From an uncultured Verrucomicrobiae bacterium (GTDB taxonomy: Bacteria > Verrucomicrobiota > Verrucomicrobiia > Limisphaerales > Palsa-1400), in the NCBI GenBank assembly GCA_963764165.1, contig CAVXRD010000002.1, forward strand, positions 480,001 through 544,000: DNA of 64,000 bases, given 5' to 3'. A model generated the notes under the pieces. It was not told where the DNA came from, ran no database searches, and saw only the letters and a list, made by a program, of their open reading frames with translations. Shown piece after piece: positions 1 through 12,413 of this stretch. The position numbers and the translations under genes were made by a program. Position 1 is the first letter of the stretch. Every line of letters starts with the position of its first letter.

Positions 1-1433
1 TTCTTGTTGCAAGGACCGGAGCCAATCAAATCGGTCGTTGATGTTCCGCCAACCATCGCTCCGACGGTTAAACCATCCAAGCCCGCCGCCACTGAAAGCA
101 AACCCCGCTTGCCGGAAAACCTGCCGGTGGTGGAAGAAGTCATTGATCCAGACGTGGTCAAAGCTCAACCGCAACTCTGGCGTTACATTGGCCAGGAGGT
201 GAGCGAACAACTGGATTACGAGCCGGGCCGTTTTCTGCGCCGCCGCACCATTCGCCGCAAGTATGTTCACCGGCAGGACCAGGATCGCCCGCCTATTGTG
301 GCGCCGCTGCCTGAGTGTTTGCTGGAGCGCGGCATGGCCGCGCCGGGATTGCTGGCCCATGTGCTGGTCAGCAAGTATTGCGACCACATGCCGCTTTACC
401 GGCAGGAACAGATGTATCGGCAGCGCCACGGCGTTGCACTGCCCCGGCAGACGCTGGCCCGCTGGGTGGAACTGGCGGCGGATTGGCTGCGACCCATTTA
501 TGAACAAATCCTCACCGGAGTGATGGCTGGCGGCTACGTGCAAGTGGACGAAACGCCAATCCAGTTCCTGGAACCAGGCCATGGGAAAACCCGGCAAGGT
601 TATTTTTGGACCTGCAGCCGTCCGGGAGGTGATGTCGTCTTTCGGTGGGAAACCAGTCGCGGAACGCAGTGCCTGAACAATTTGATCCCGGTTAATTTTC
701 GGGGAGTCATCCAGTGTGATGGCTACTCGGCCTATCGCTCCTTTGCCGACAGCCGCAATGGAACCGTCCAGTTGACAGGTTGCTGGGCCCATGTTCGGCG
801 CAAGTTTTACGAGGCCCTGGAGCAATCGCCTCGCACGGCGGCTTGGTTCCTGGGTCAAATCCAGCAACTTTATCGAGTCGAAGCCAAGCTGAGAGAGCAT
901 CGAGCGGGTCCGAACTTGCGCGCCGCCCACCGGGCCAGCCAAAGCAAGCCGGTCGTTCAGCGACTTCAACGCGCCCTGGTCCGGCTCAAGGCCAGCCATC
1001 GCTATCTGCCGCAAAGTCTGCTGGGCCAGGCCATGGATTATGCCTTGGGCCAATGGCCAACCCTGAGCGTCTACCTTGAAAAAGGAAGCGTTGAAATAGA
1101 CAACAATTTAGTCGAGAATTCCATTCGTCCCACGGCGGTTGGAAAGAAAAACTGGCTCTTTGTCGGAGAAGCCGGCGCTGGCCAGCGCGGAGCGATTGTT
1201 TACAGCATCATCGAAAGCTGCCGCCGCCGAAACATCGATCCATACGCATACCTCTGCGATGTTCTCGCCCGCCTGCCTCGAATGACCAACCACCAAATAC
1301 CAGAAGTCACCCCAGGAGCTTGGGCCAAATCTCGCCGCCCCTCTGCAAAAGCAGCGTAGATGTCAGAGATAGCTGCCTCTGGCGTCTCTACAAAACTCTA
1401 GTTCAGTCACACGGTGCGTCGCGTGACGCTTAC
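1..1433 (+). mobile_element. IS66-family insertion sequence, right part (left end outside window)
   Basis: IS66 TnpC ORF followed by ...GCGTGACGCTTAC ending at 1433, the reverse complement of the GTAAGCGTC-type IS66 terminus. Confidence 0.85.
4..1359 (+). CDS. tnpC: IS66 family transposase TnpC (5' partial)
   Basis: Motifs SKYCDHMPLYRQ, VQVDETP, QCDGY, CWAHVRRKF, IDNNLVENSIRP, GKKNWLF. Confidence 0.95.
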   Translation: MLQGPEPIKSVVDVPPTIAPTVKPSKPAATESKPRLPENLPVVEEVIDPDVVKAQPQLWRYIGQEVSEQLDYEPGRFLRRRTIRRKYVHRQDQDRPPIVAPLPECLLERGMAAPGLLAHVLVSKYCDHMPLYRQEQMYRQRHGVALPRQTLARWVELAADWLRPIYEQILTGVMAGGYVQVDETPIQFLEPGHGKTRQGYFWTCSRPGGDVVFRWETSRGTQCLNNLIPVNFRGVIQCDGYSAYRSFADSRNGTVQLTGCWAHVRRKFYEALEQSPRTAAWFLGQIQQLYRVEAKLREHRAGPNLRAAHRASQSKPVVQRLQRALVRLKASHRYLPQSLLGQAMDYALGQWPTLSVYLEKGSVEIDNNLVENSIRPTAVGKKNWLFVGEAGAGQRGAIVYSIIESCRRRNIDPYAYLCDVLARLPRMTNHQIPEVTPGAWAKSRRPSAKAA

Positions 1434-1434
1434 G

Positions 1435-1527
1435 AACATCCCCCTGACCGCCATGCTGGTCGGCATTGTCCTCCGGGGCGCGGCTTTTACGTTTCGCAAA
1501 TATGGATCGGAACCCACCAGGCATTAA
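1435..1527 (+). pseudogene. Fragment resembling cytochrome bd oxidase subunit II (CydB), cut by the IS66
   Basis: Own translation NIPLTAMLVGIVLRGAAFTFRKY resembles the CydB 'IPL..ML.GI.LRG.AF.FR' helix; stops at 1527. Confidence 0.55.
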
Positions 1528-1583
1528 GCGAAACTGGCGCGTCATAACTTGTCCAGTAATGGCGACACCGGATTCGTTAGCTT

Positions 1584-2447
1584 TTAAAGCTGTTTGCGGA
1601 TGGATTCTAATTCCCGTCGGCGTTTCGCCGTAGTTTTGGGAAAGGCCATCTTAAGATCTTTGAGGGCATCAACGACAATTTGGGAAACGATAAGACGGGC
1701 GTTCTCCTTATCGTCAGCGGGAACGACGTGCCAAGGCGTGTGATGGGCGCTGGTCGCGGTCAGGCAAGCCTCATACGCCTTGACGTACTGTGGCCAGAAT
1801 TTCCTCTCGCGGATGTCAGCGAGGCTGAATTTCCAGTTCTTGTCCGGCTCATCAATGCGCTCCAGGAATCGCCTTCGTTGTTCGCCCTTCGACAAGTGGA
1901 GGAAAAACTTGATGATGCGGGTGCCGTTACGGTGGAGATGTTGCTCCAAATCCACGATGGACTGATACCGGCCCTCCCAAATTGACTTTTTCTCGATCAA
2001 CTCGTCCGGCATCCCCTGGCTGCGGAGAATTTCCGGATGCACGCGAACGACAAGCACATCCTCGTAATAGGAACGATTGAAAATGCCGATCCGTCCGCGT
2101 TCCGGCAAATGGCGGTTCGTGCGCCAAAGAAAATCATGTTCGAGTTCCTCGGCGGTGGGCTGTTTAAAACTGAAAACCTCGCAACCTTGCGGATTGACCC
2201 CGGACATGACGTGGCAGATGGCACCGTCCTTGCCGGCTGCATCCATTCCCTGAAAAATCAGCAACAAGGCATAATGGTTGGAAGCGTAGTGTAGTTGTTG
2301 CAGCGAACTCAATTGCTCAACATGCACTCCCAGAAGTCTTCGATACGCTTTTTTGGATTTGCAGAAGGGCTGCACTGCCGTCGGCCACTCCCGGAGTTTG
2401 ACCTTATCACCGGGCCTCACCCGGAAATCCTTCGAATTGATCTTCAT
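1584..2447 (-). CDS. ppk2: Polyphosphate kinase 2 family protein (class III-like)
   Basis: [11 protein letters not shown]alker [17 protein letters not shown]; start placed at MKINSKDF. Confidence 0.92.
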   Translation of the reverse strand: MKINSKDFRVRPGDKVKLREWPTAVQPFCKSKKAYRRLLGVHVEQLSSLQQLHYASNHYALLLIFQGMDAAGKDGAICHVMSGVNPQGCEVFSFKQPTAEELEHDFLWRTNRHLPERGRIGIFNRSYYEDVLVVRVHPEILRSQGMPDELIEKKSIWEGRYQSIVDLEQHLHRNGTRIIKFFLHLSKGEQRRRFLERIDEPDKNWKFSLADIRERKFWPQYVKAYEACLTATSAHHTPWHVVPADDKENARLIVSQIVVDALKDLKMAFPKTTAKRRRELESIRKQL

Positions 2448-2475
2448 CGTCACTAATTTGTTCTGCTTGCTCTTC

Positions 2476-3378
2476 CTACAATCCGAAGCTCTTTCCTTTG
2501 GACAGCGCCTCGAACCCGGCGATGACGTCGAAAAGTTCCTCGTCAATGCCGGCTTGACGTATTCGGTGGTAGGTCCCATGAAGCGTCTCCAGCAAATCAT
2601 CAATGTTTTTATCGGCGCGTTCCATCGCGGACAGACGGCTCGCGTTCTCGCTGGCAAGGGATTCGGCACAGGCGCGGAAAAGCGAGATGAAGAGATATTC
2701 GCGAATGAGCGCTCGCAAGGTGACGATGCCGCTGCACATCACCTCGGGCAGCATATTTGTCGGCCAAGCAAGTTTGGCCAAGCCATTTTGCCATTGCGCG
2801 TCCAGCGGCAGCAACCGCTGGCTGACCGGTTCGTAGAGCGCCCCAGATTTTGGTCGGTTGTGGAAGACATAAAGTCGCGCATACTCGCCTTTGGCCCGAC
2901 GCGCTTCACTCTCGATTTGAATCTGTCCGACGAGTGGGGTGATGGCCTGCACGGAATTGGGCACGGCAAAGATTCCCGCCAGCGGGACGCCCGCGTCCGC
3001 TAAACGTGCGTGAACGCGCTCTCCTACAGCCCAGACTTCGGGTTTGCCGGGTAATGCAGCGAGGGTCTTGACCGCATAGTCGGCCACTACGTCATTAAAT
3101 TGACCCACTAATCCCTGATCAGAGCCGAACACGACCGCGCCAATGGCGCCGGCGTCCGCTTGTCCTTTTCGTGTTTCAATCGGAGCCGCTTCCCTGCTTT
3201 CCCGAAAACACGCGCCCAGTCCCAATTCCACAGTGCGATAATAGTCGCCTAATGCGCGCACTGATTTATCGTATTGTCCGATGCTTGAAGCAGCCAAAGC
3301 TTTCATCGTGCGAACCACGGATTGAAGATCGCCGGCACTGCTAATTTTTCGGGACAGGCTCGCTGTATTTTCGCTCAT
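2476..3378 (-). CDS. atpG: N-type F0F1 ATPase gamma subunit
   Basis: [40 protein letters not shown]. Confidence 0.95.
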   Translation of the reverse strand: MSENTASLSRKISSAGDLQSVVRTMKALAASSIGQYDKSVRALGDYYRTVELGLGACFRESREAAPIETRKGQADAGAIGAVVFGSDQGLVGQFNDVVADYAVKTLAALPGKPEVWAVGERVHARLADAGVPLAGIFAVPNSVQAITPLVGQIQIESEARRAKGEYARLYVFHNRPKSGALYEPVSQRLLPLDAQWQNGLAKLAWPTNMLPEVMCSGIVTLRALIREYLFISLFRACAESLASENASRLSAMERADKNIDDLLETLHGTYHRIRQAGIDEELFDVIAGFEALSKGKSFGL

Positions 3379-5135
3379 GGCTTCTCCTTGGGGCGGGTCT
3401 CCGCGCGTTTAACTTCCGGCGACGGTTCCGGCTTGGATTCGATTCCAGGTTTAGTCTCTGCCTTAACTTCAGGACCAGGTTTGGGTTTAACCTCCTCCTT
3501 GGTTTTGGCATCGGCTTTGTCTTTAATATCGCCTTTCGTTTCGGCCTTCGACTCGACCTTAACATCAGCTTTGGTTTCATGCTTAACTTCAGGCTTGGGA
3601 TCCGGCTTGGGTTGAAAAGGTGCGAGCGCTTGACGGGCGATTTCAATTATCGCCTTTTTATCCTCCTCATTCAATTTTGCGGCGGTTTCAAATCGCGCAC
3701 TGATCTCCCCTGGAATTTTGGACGCAGATTCCCGCACGGCGTGCCCCGCCTCCGCCATCTGCTCAAGCGGCACTGGATCGAACAGGTTCGCGGTCAATGC
3801 CAGCAAGACGGTGATCTGTGCGGGCACCGCCACCGGGGCGGATTCGGGCTGCTTGAGACAGGCGCGGATTCGCCGTCCATGCTCGATGATCTTGCGCGTG
3901 TCATCGTCAAGACGCGCGCCAAACCGCGCGAAAGTTTCGAGTTCTTCGAATTGTGCGTAAGCGAGCTTGAGGTCGCCCGCGACCGCGCGATAAGCGGCCC
4001 ATTGCGCCTCGCCACCGACGCGCGAAACAGATTTGCCCACATCCACCGCCGGCAGCACGCCCAATTCAAACAGGGACGGTGAAAGATAAATTTGTCCGTC
4101 GGTAATGGAAATAAGGTTCGTCGGAATGTAAGCGGAAATGTCCTGTGCTTCGGTTTCGATGATCGGTAGCGCGGTGAGCGAACCACCCCTGCGTTCTTTG
4201 CTCAAGTGGGTCGCCCGTTCCAGCATCCGGGAATGAATATAGAAAATGTCGCCGGGGAACGCTTCGCGCCCGGGTGGACGGCGCAACAGGAGGGACAACT
4301 CGCGATAGGCTTCAGCGTGCTGCGTCAGATTGTCGTAAACAATCAGCACGTCACGGCCCTTTTCCATGAAATATTCCGCGATGCTGGTGGCAGCGTAGGG
4401 CGTAACATAGGTGAGGCCGGGCGCGTCGTTGCCCTCGGCGACTACGACCACGGTATATTCCATCGCCCCCTTTTCGCGCAGGTTCGCTATGACCTTGGCG
4501 ACGGCGGAAGCCCGCTGGCCGATGGCACAATAAACGCAGATCACATTTTTTCCGCGCTGGTTCAAAATGCTGTCCAGGGCAATGGCCGTTTTGCCCGTTT
4601 GACGATCGCCCAGAATCAACTCGCGCTGGCCTCGCCCGATGGGGATGAGCGCGTCAATGACCATAAGGCCGGTCTGGAGAGGCACCGTGACCGGCGCGCG
4701 GTCCATGATAGCCGCCGCCGGACGTTCGATGGGCAGACGCTGGCTGGAAGCCACCGGCCCTTTGCCATCGAGTGGCCGGCCGAGCGGGTCAATGACACGC
4801 CCCAGCAATTCATCGCCAACGGCCACGTCCATCACGCGCCCGGTGCGTTCGACCTCATCGCCTGCGTGCAGATCTTGATACGCGCCGAGCAACACGACGC
4901 CTATTTCATCCTCGTCCAGGTTGAACGCGATGCCGAAAACATCGCCGGGGAATTTTACCAACTCCTCAAAACCCACGCCCGGAAGGCCCGAGACCTTGGC
5001 GATGCCGGTGGCGACACTGATGACCGTGCCCACCTCCTTCGTCGTCATTTGCGGGGTGAAGGCTTCGCGCGCCTGGCTGATTCCAGCAAAGGTGCGGTCG
5101 AAGACGCTCAGCAAGCTTTCAGGAGCGGTGTTCAT
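3375..5135 (-). CDS. atpA: N-type F0F1 ATPase alpha subunit with Pro/Lys/Glu-rich C-terminal tail
   Basis: [34 protein letters not shown]. Confidence 0.97.
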   Translation of the reverse strand: MNTAPESLLSVFDRTFAGISQAREAFTPQMTTKEVGTVISVATGIAKVSGLPGVGFEELVKFPGDVFGIAFNLDEDEIGVVLLGAYQDLHAGDEVERTGRVMDVAVGDELLGRVIDPLGRPLDGKGPVASSQRLPIERPAAAIMDRAPVTVPLQTGLMVIDALIPIGRGQRELILGDRQTGKTAIALDSILNQRGKNVICVYCAIGQRASAVAKVIANLREKGAMEYTVVVVAEGNDAPGLTYVTPYAATSIAEYFMEKGRDVLIVYDNLTQHAEAYRELSLLLRRPPGREAFPGDIFYIHSRMLERATHLSKERRGGSLTALPIIETEAQDISAYIPTNLISITDGQIYLSPSLFELGVLPAVDVGKSVSRVGGEAQWAAYRAVAGDLKLAYAQFEELETFARFGARLDDDTRKIIEHGRRIRACLKQPESAPVAVPAQITVLLALTANLFDPVPLEQMAEAGHAVRESASKIPGEISARFETAAKLNEEDKKAIIEIARQALAPFQPKPDPKPEVKHETKADVKVESKAETKGDIKDKADAKTKEEVKPKPGPEVKAETKPGIESKPEPSPEVKRAETRPKEKP

Positions 5136-6139
5136 GAGGCCTTCAATGCGGGTTCGAGTTCTTCAACCTTCGCCTCGGCCCTGGCTTTAGGTTTAAGGTC
5201 CTTCTCTGTTGCAGGCCTGGGTTTAGCGTCGATTTTGGCGATAATGTCAGTCTTAGCCTCTGGCTCGGCTTTGGCAGCAGTATTTGGCTCAACTTTGATG
5301 TCGGGATTTGGTTCCGGGATTGTTGGAGGTTTCGGCGTGGCCTTATTTTCGGGTTTCGCCTCGACTTTGGCTTCAGGCTTTTCCTTCTCTTTCAGCAAAT
5401 CGTCGACACCCTTTTCTAGTGACGTCAAATAATCGGTGATGGTCCATCCGACTTTCTGGCCGTTCGCGCTGAGTTCGATGCCGCTGATCAAATCCGGCGC
5501 GGTCTCGAACCGGATGTGAATTTCAGCGGAAAAGGTTTCGTTGAGCGCATTTTGGATCGCCGCTTGTTGCGCCGCCGGCAGATCAAAAGTGCTGCGAATC
5601 ACGGCGGGTTCAGAATTTTTCTTAAGGGCGTCGCAAAGCAAAGATTTCGCCTTCTGGTCCAGTTCTCGCAAGCGTCTATCAAACACCTCGCCCATCCGTT
5701 CTTCCAGACTTGTCGTGGCCAGATCCGTCAGTGCCTTGCGCGTGATGGCGAATACTTCCTTCTGCGTAAAGCGACTGATGGCTTGATTTAAGTTCTGGGC
5801 GTCATGGTTCAGCGACTCCTGTCGCTTGGCGCTCAGAGCATCGGCCGCTTTCCGCGCGTCGTCGAGGAGCCGCTCACGTTCGGCTTTCGCCTCGTCCGTC
5901 GCTTTGGTCAGAAGTGCGGCGCGTTGCTGGTCAAACTCCTCGTTTTTCTTCTGAAACTTTTCGTGTTCCTTTTGGGCTTCCGCTCTTTTCGCATCAGCGT
6001 CTGCGAGCTCTTTGGCGATCAGTTTCTCCCGCGCGTCAATGGCCTTGAGGATGGGTATATAGAGAAAGCGCTTCATCAACCACACGAGGATGAGGAAGTT
6101 TAGCGCTTGCGCCGCCACGGTGAACCAGTCGATTAACAT
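5132..6139 (-). CDS. atpF: N-type ATPase b subunit (extended, delta-like C-terminal part) with low-complexity tail
   Basis: [27 protein letters not shown], coiled coil, LISGIEL..NGQKVGW. Confidence 0.93.
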   Translation of the reverse strand: MLIDWFTVAAQALNFLILVWLMKRFLYIPILKAIDAREKLIAKELADADAKRAEAQKEHEKFQKKNEEFDQQRAALLTKATDEAKAERERLLDDARKAADALSAKRQESLNHDAQNLNQAISRFTQKEVFAITRKALTDLATTSLEERMGEVFDRRLRELDQKAKSLLCDALKKNSEPAVIRSTFDLPAAQQAAIQNALNETFSAEIHIRFETAPDLISGIELSANGQKVGWTITDYLTSLEKGVDDLLKEKEKPEAKVEAKPENKATPKPPTIPEPNPDIKVEPNTAAKAEPEAKTDIIAKIDAKPRPATEKDLKPKARAEAKVEELEPALKAS

Positions 6140-6143
6140 AGGC

Positions 6144-6434
6144 CTACTTTCCTGCCGCAGTTGCCACTCCGGCTATGACGTGGTTCCAGAACGGGTTGGC
6201 GAAGATCAGAATCATCGAGACCACGAAACAATAAATGGCCGTGGATTCGATCATGGCCAGACCGACAAACAGCGTCCGCGTGATGGTGGCGGAGGCGTCG
6301 GGTTGCTGCGCCAGCGCGGTAAGCGCCGTCGCGACCGAGCGCCCTTCTCCAAGTGCCGGGCACATGCAGCCAATGCCGGTGGTCAGGCCTGCGGTGGCGA
6401 TTGAGGCCACTGCGATGATTGTCATATTATCCAT
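6144..6434 (-). CDS. atpE: N-type ATPase c subunit
   Basis: Two TM helices, PALGEG, QQP loop, ESTAIY. Confidence 0.97.
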   Translation of the reverse strand: MDNMTIIAVASIATAGLTTGIGCMCPALGEGRSVATALTALAQQPDASATITRTLFVGLAMIESTAIYCFVVSMILIFANPFWNHVIAGVATAAGK

Positions 6435-6465
6435 AATTTTGTCCTTGGGTTGCTTTGTGAGTGTT

Positions 6466-7161
6466 TCAAGTTTTAGGCGCCACCGCAGGTTTCGGTTTGC
6501 CAGAGCGCGTGGCCGCAGCGATGTAAACCGCTGCCAAGATGCTGAAAATGTAGGCTTGCACCATGCCGGTCAACAGACCGAGCGCGGTCATTACGATTGG
6601 AAAAAGGAAAGGCGTTATAGTCAGCAGAATCGCAATGATCATCGCCCCGCTCATCATATTGCCGAATAGGCGGACGGCCAGCGCCAGCGTGCGCGACAGT
6701 TCACTGATGATGTTAAACGGCAGCAGGATGAACGTCGGCTTGGTGTAGGAGCCGAGATAACCCCGCAGTCCCTGTTCCTCGATGCCGAACAACGGCACGG
6801 CCACAAAAACGCACAACGCGAGCGCCGCCGTGGTTGAGAGCGAACCGGTCGGCGGCTCAAAACCGGGAATGATCGTGCAGAGCGCGGCCAGCGCGACGAA
6901 CAGAAAGAGCGTACCCAGAAAGCCGATATATTTTTCAGGGTGCTTCAGGCCGACATCTTCGATTTGTTTCTCGATGCCAGTGACGACAATTTCCAGAAGG
7001 TTCTGCCAGCGTGAACGCTTCAAGTCGGTCGAAAGTTTGCGCGTGATGAGTTTTGAACCAACGGCCAGCACAATCATTAGTCCCCAAGTGAACACAATCG
7101 TGCCGTTAAGCTTGAAAAAGCCGTGGTGCCAGAAGATCAACTGGTCGGGGCTAAGGCGCAT
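6466..7161 (-). CDS. atpB: N-type ATPase a subunit
   Basis: PPTGSLSTT, ELSRTLALAVRLFGNM, GMVQAYIF. Confidence 0.96.
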   Translation of the reverse strand: MRLSPDQLIFWHHGFFKLNGTIVFTWGLMIVLAVGSKLITRKLSTDLKRSRWQNLLEIVVTGIEKQIEDVGLKHPEKYIGFLGTLFLFVALAALCTIIPGFEPPTGSLSTTAALALCVFVAVPLFGIEEQGLRGYLGSYTKPTFILLPFNIISELSRTLALAVRLFGNMMSGAMIIAILLTITPFLFPIVMTALGLLTGMVQAYIFSILAAVYIAAATRSGKPKPAVAPKT

Positions 7162-7459
7162 CCGGGGCCTCCTTCACCGTAAGGCAGGGATGTTCGACTG
7201 GCGTGCGCGTAAGCCGTATCACGCAGAACCGCGCGATGATAAATCCCAGAAGACACGACACCAGCCGCTGCCAATTTCCGCGCCCGACAAAATAAAATCC
7301 AAGCAGAACAATGCCCATCCGCAGCAGCATGCTTCCGATAAACCACAGCGCCGGATTTTTGGAAGAAACACCCTTGCGCACGGTCCACCAAAGACCGCCG
7401 AAGAAAACTGCGCCGAGCAAAAGTCCAGCCGCCAACGCCAAGATTAGTAATTCATTCAT
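7151..7459 (-). CDS. atpR: N-ATPase AtpR membrane subunit
   Basis: GAVFFGGLWWTV..SMLLR, located between atpQ and atpB. Confidence 0.85.
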   Translation of the reverse strand: MNELLILALAAGLLLGAVFFGGLWWTVRKGVSSKNPALWFIGSMLLRMGIVLLGFYFVGRGNWQRLVSCLLGFIIARFCVIRLTRTPVEHPCLTVKEAPDAP

Positions 7460-7777
7460 CGTCGTCCTCCGTTTCGTCCTGCATTGCTTTTTCTTCCTTG
7501 GCGACCCAATACCACGCATTCAAACAGCCGACCGCCAACCCAACCACCAAAAGCGCCAGTGTCCACGGATGTTTGCCCGGATGGTGTTTATCCAACCAGA
7601 TGCCGAGCGCCGCGCCGAGCAGCGTAGGCACGACCACTGACCAGCCGACCAACCCCATCATGCCCAGGCCGAACCAGAACGCCCTGCGTGGATTTGCGGG
7701 CTTTGATCTTTCGGGTTGCCTTCGCACCGATTTCTTCGGCGAAGGATGGTTCGTTCCGCAGAGTTTTTCTTGGCTCG

Positions 7778-7785
<8 letters not shown>
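7452..7785 (-). pseudogene. atpQ: N-ATPase AtpQ (AtpI/AtpZ-like), split by a one-base insertion
   Basis: MNNEPRK...KARKSTQGV in one frame and WFGLGMMGLVGWSVVVP...WLD in another; extra base near 7678. Confidence 0.85.
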
Positions 7786-10566
<2,781 letters not shown>

Positions 10567-10588
10567 GGGGTTATTCGTGTCGTCATGC

Positions 10589-11611
10589 TCATGACCTTTC
10601 CATCGCGGCAGTATATTCGCCACGCCGCGCGGCACGATTGCACTTCGCACGATGAAGCAATGCTTGCTGCGCCGCCAACACGTTGGCGTCCCCGCCCTTC
10701 CAAATCTCCAATGCCGGTTGCTGGATGGCGCGGGCAAAAGAAAATGCCAGCGCCCATGGCAGTTGAGTCTTGAAACGAAGATTCATTACGTTCAAACGGG
10801 CCGAAGCCAATTCCGCAGATTGGCCCCCGGACAAGAATGCAATCCCTGGAACCGCAGCGGGGACGGTTCGCCACAGACTCTTCATCGTGGTATCGGCGAT
10901 CTCGTCCACGGATTCTTGCGCGGGGCACGCCAATCCCGGAAGCACCATGTTGGGCTTCAGAATCATGCCTTCCAGTATCACGCGCTGGGAATCCAGTTGG
11001 TTGAAAACCATTCGCAGGACTTCCTCTGTCACTTTGCGACAGCGCTCCAGAGTATGTTCACCATCCATGAGCACTTCCGGCTCGACTATCGGAACCAATC
11101 CGGCTTCCTGACACAACGCGGCATAGCGAGCCAGCGCGTGCGCGTTGGCCTCGATGCAACTCCGGCTGGGAATTCCATCGCCAATAGCAATCACCGCCCG
11201 CCACTTCGCAAAACGCGCGCCTATTTGAGAATATTCTCTGAGGCGGTCGCGCAATCCGTCCAGGCCTTCGGTGATTTTTTCACCGGGATGAGCAGCCATC
11301 TCCTTGGCTCCAGTATCTACTTTGATGCCGGGAATGATGCCCGCGTCGGTGAGGACTTTAAGAAATGAGGTGCCGTCCTTTTTCTGCTGGCGGATTGTTT
11401 CGTCGTAAAGAATCGCGCCACTGATGCACTCGCCGAGACCGGGTGTGGTCACAATCAACTCCCGATAGGCCCGCCGGGTGTCCACCGTTTGCGGAATGTT
11501 GAGCTTTGCAAATCGTTTGTGACAGGTCGGATTGCTTTCATCCATCGCCAGCAATCCCTTGTCGTCGGCAACCAGCGCCTTCGCAGTATCAATCAGCTTT
11601 TGTGCATTCAT
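10589..11611 (-). CDS. Fructose-bisphosphate aldolase class I
   Basis: KGLLAMDES, GIKVDTG, FAKWRAV, PIVEPEV, FLSGGQ. Confidence 0.95.
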   Translation of the reverse strand: MNAQKLIDTAKALVADDKGLLAMDESNPTCHKRFAKLNIPQTVDTRRAYRELIVTTPGLGECISGAILYDETIRQQKKDGTSFLKVLTDAGIIPGIKVDTGAKEMAAHPGEKITEGLDGLRDRLREYSQIGARFAKWRAVIAIGDGIPSRSCIEANAHALARYAALCQEAGLVPIVEPEVLMDGEHTLERCRKVTEEVLRMVFNQLDSQRVILEGMILKPNMVLPGLACPAQESVDEIADTTMKSLWRTVPAAVPGIAFLSGGQSAELASARLNVMNLRFKTQLPWALAFSFARAIQQPALEIWKGGDANVLAAQQALLHRAKCNRAARRGEYTAAMERS

Positions 11612-11639
11612 TTTGCGTTGCCTTGTTTCCAGTAGCGGA

Positions 11640-12413
11640 CTAAGAACTGACCGGAGTTCCCTCCTTGAGCCAGCGCAGCGCGACCTCGTACTGCGATTCT
11701 GAAAAGTGTTTGACCTGCACATCAACAAGATGGGCGGCAATCTTGGGCAATTCCCCCAGAAGTTTGCTGTCGGTCACCATCGCAAGTCGGACAATCTTCT
11801 GGTGATGGCTTTTGATGAATTGCATATGAGCGAGGAACGCTTCGGGATTCGCCCAGCCGGGAAATGCTCTGGCGTGAATCAGCAAACCGGATAGTTTTCC
11901 ATGTTTCGCGATATATGGATCGATCTCGCGAACCAGGCCCTCGAAGTCTGCCGCTTCAAGCGGCGCTTCGGGTTCGAGTATGAGTATCCCTTCGGGCAAG
12001 AGCAGTTGGTGTTTAAGCCTGTGTTGTCCTCCTGTTTTGTTTCCTGTCGCTACAGATTCATCCAACCACCTCCGTGCCTCAGCGGCATCGGTGTGATTGA
12101 AATACTGGACCGTTGCTTTCGTGAACGGTTTGCAGAATGTGGCCATGCCATGCTGCCACTTTTTATCCCCGACCATCGCGAGCCGTTCGATGTCTGCAAA
12201 ATGTCTAATATCGAATTTGATGTCCTCCCATAGCGCGCCAGCGTCCCAGCCGTGGAAACCAGTCATGTCGAACAGCACGCGCAGTTTTCCGTGCTGCCGG
12301 ACAAGTCGCTCGAATTCGGGAACAAAGTGTTCGTAATCCGCTTTTGTCAGCTTGCCGCTGATGTGAACGACGAGCGTCTTTCCGGCGTTTTCTTCATTAA
12401 GTTGAATGGGCAT
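11640..12413 (-). CDS. Tandem SpoIIAA-like (STAS/SEC14) domain protein
   Basis: Two repeats: SGKLTKADY...ERLAMVGD...EARRWL and PLEAADF...RLAMVTD...ALRWL. Confidence 0.8.
   Translation of the reverse strand: MPIQLNEENAGKTLVVHISGKLTKADYEHFVPEFERLVRQHGKLRVLFDMTGFHGWDAGALWEDIKFDIRHFADIERLAMVGDKKWQHGMATFCKPFTKATVQYFNHTDAAEARRWLDESVATGNKTGGQHRLKHQLLLPEGILILEPEAPLEAADFEGLVREIDPYIAKHGKLSGLLIHARAFPGWANPEAFLAHMQFIKSHHQKIVRLAMVTDSKLLGELPKIAAHLVDVQVKHFSESQYEVALRWLKEGTPVSS

Noticed and set aside
2448..2669. N-terminal extension of the PPK2 ORF in the track
   Set aside because: Overlaps atpG; family similarity begins at ATG 2447.
4206..5432. 408-aa ORF opposite atpA (similarly 9511-10488, 26237-27232, 30772-31836, 44599-45705)
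   Set aside because: Shadow ORFs of clearly identified genes on the other strand.
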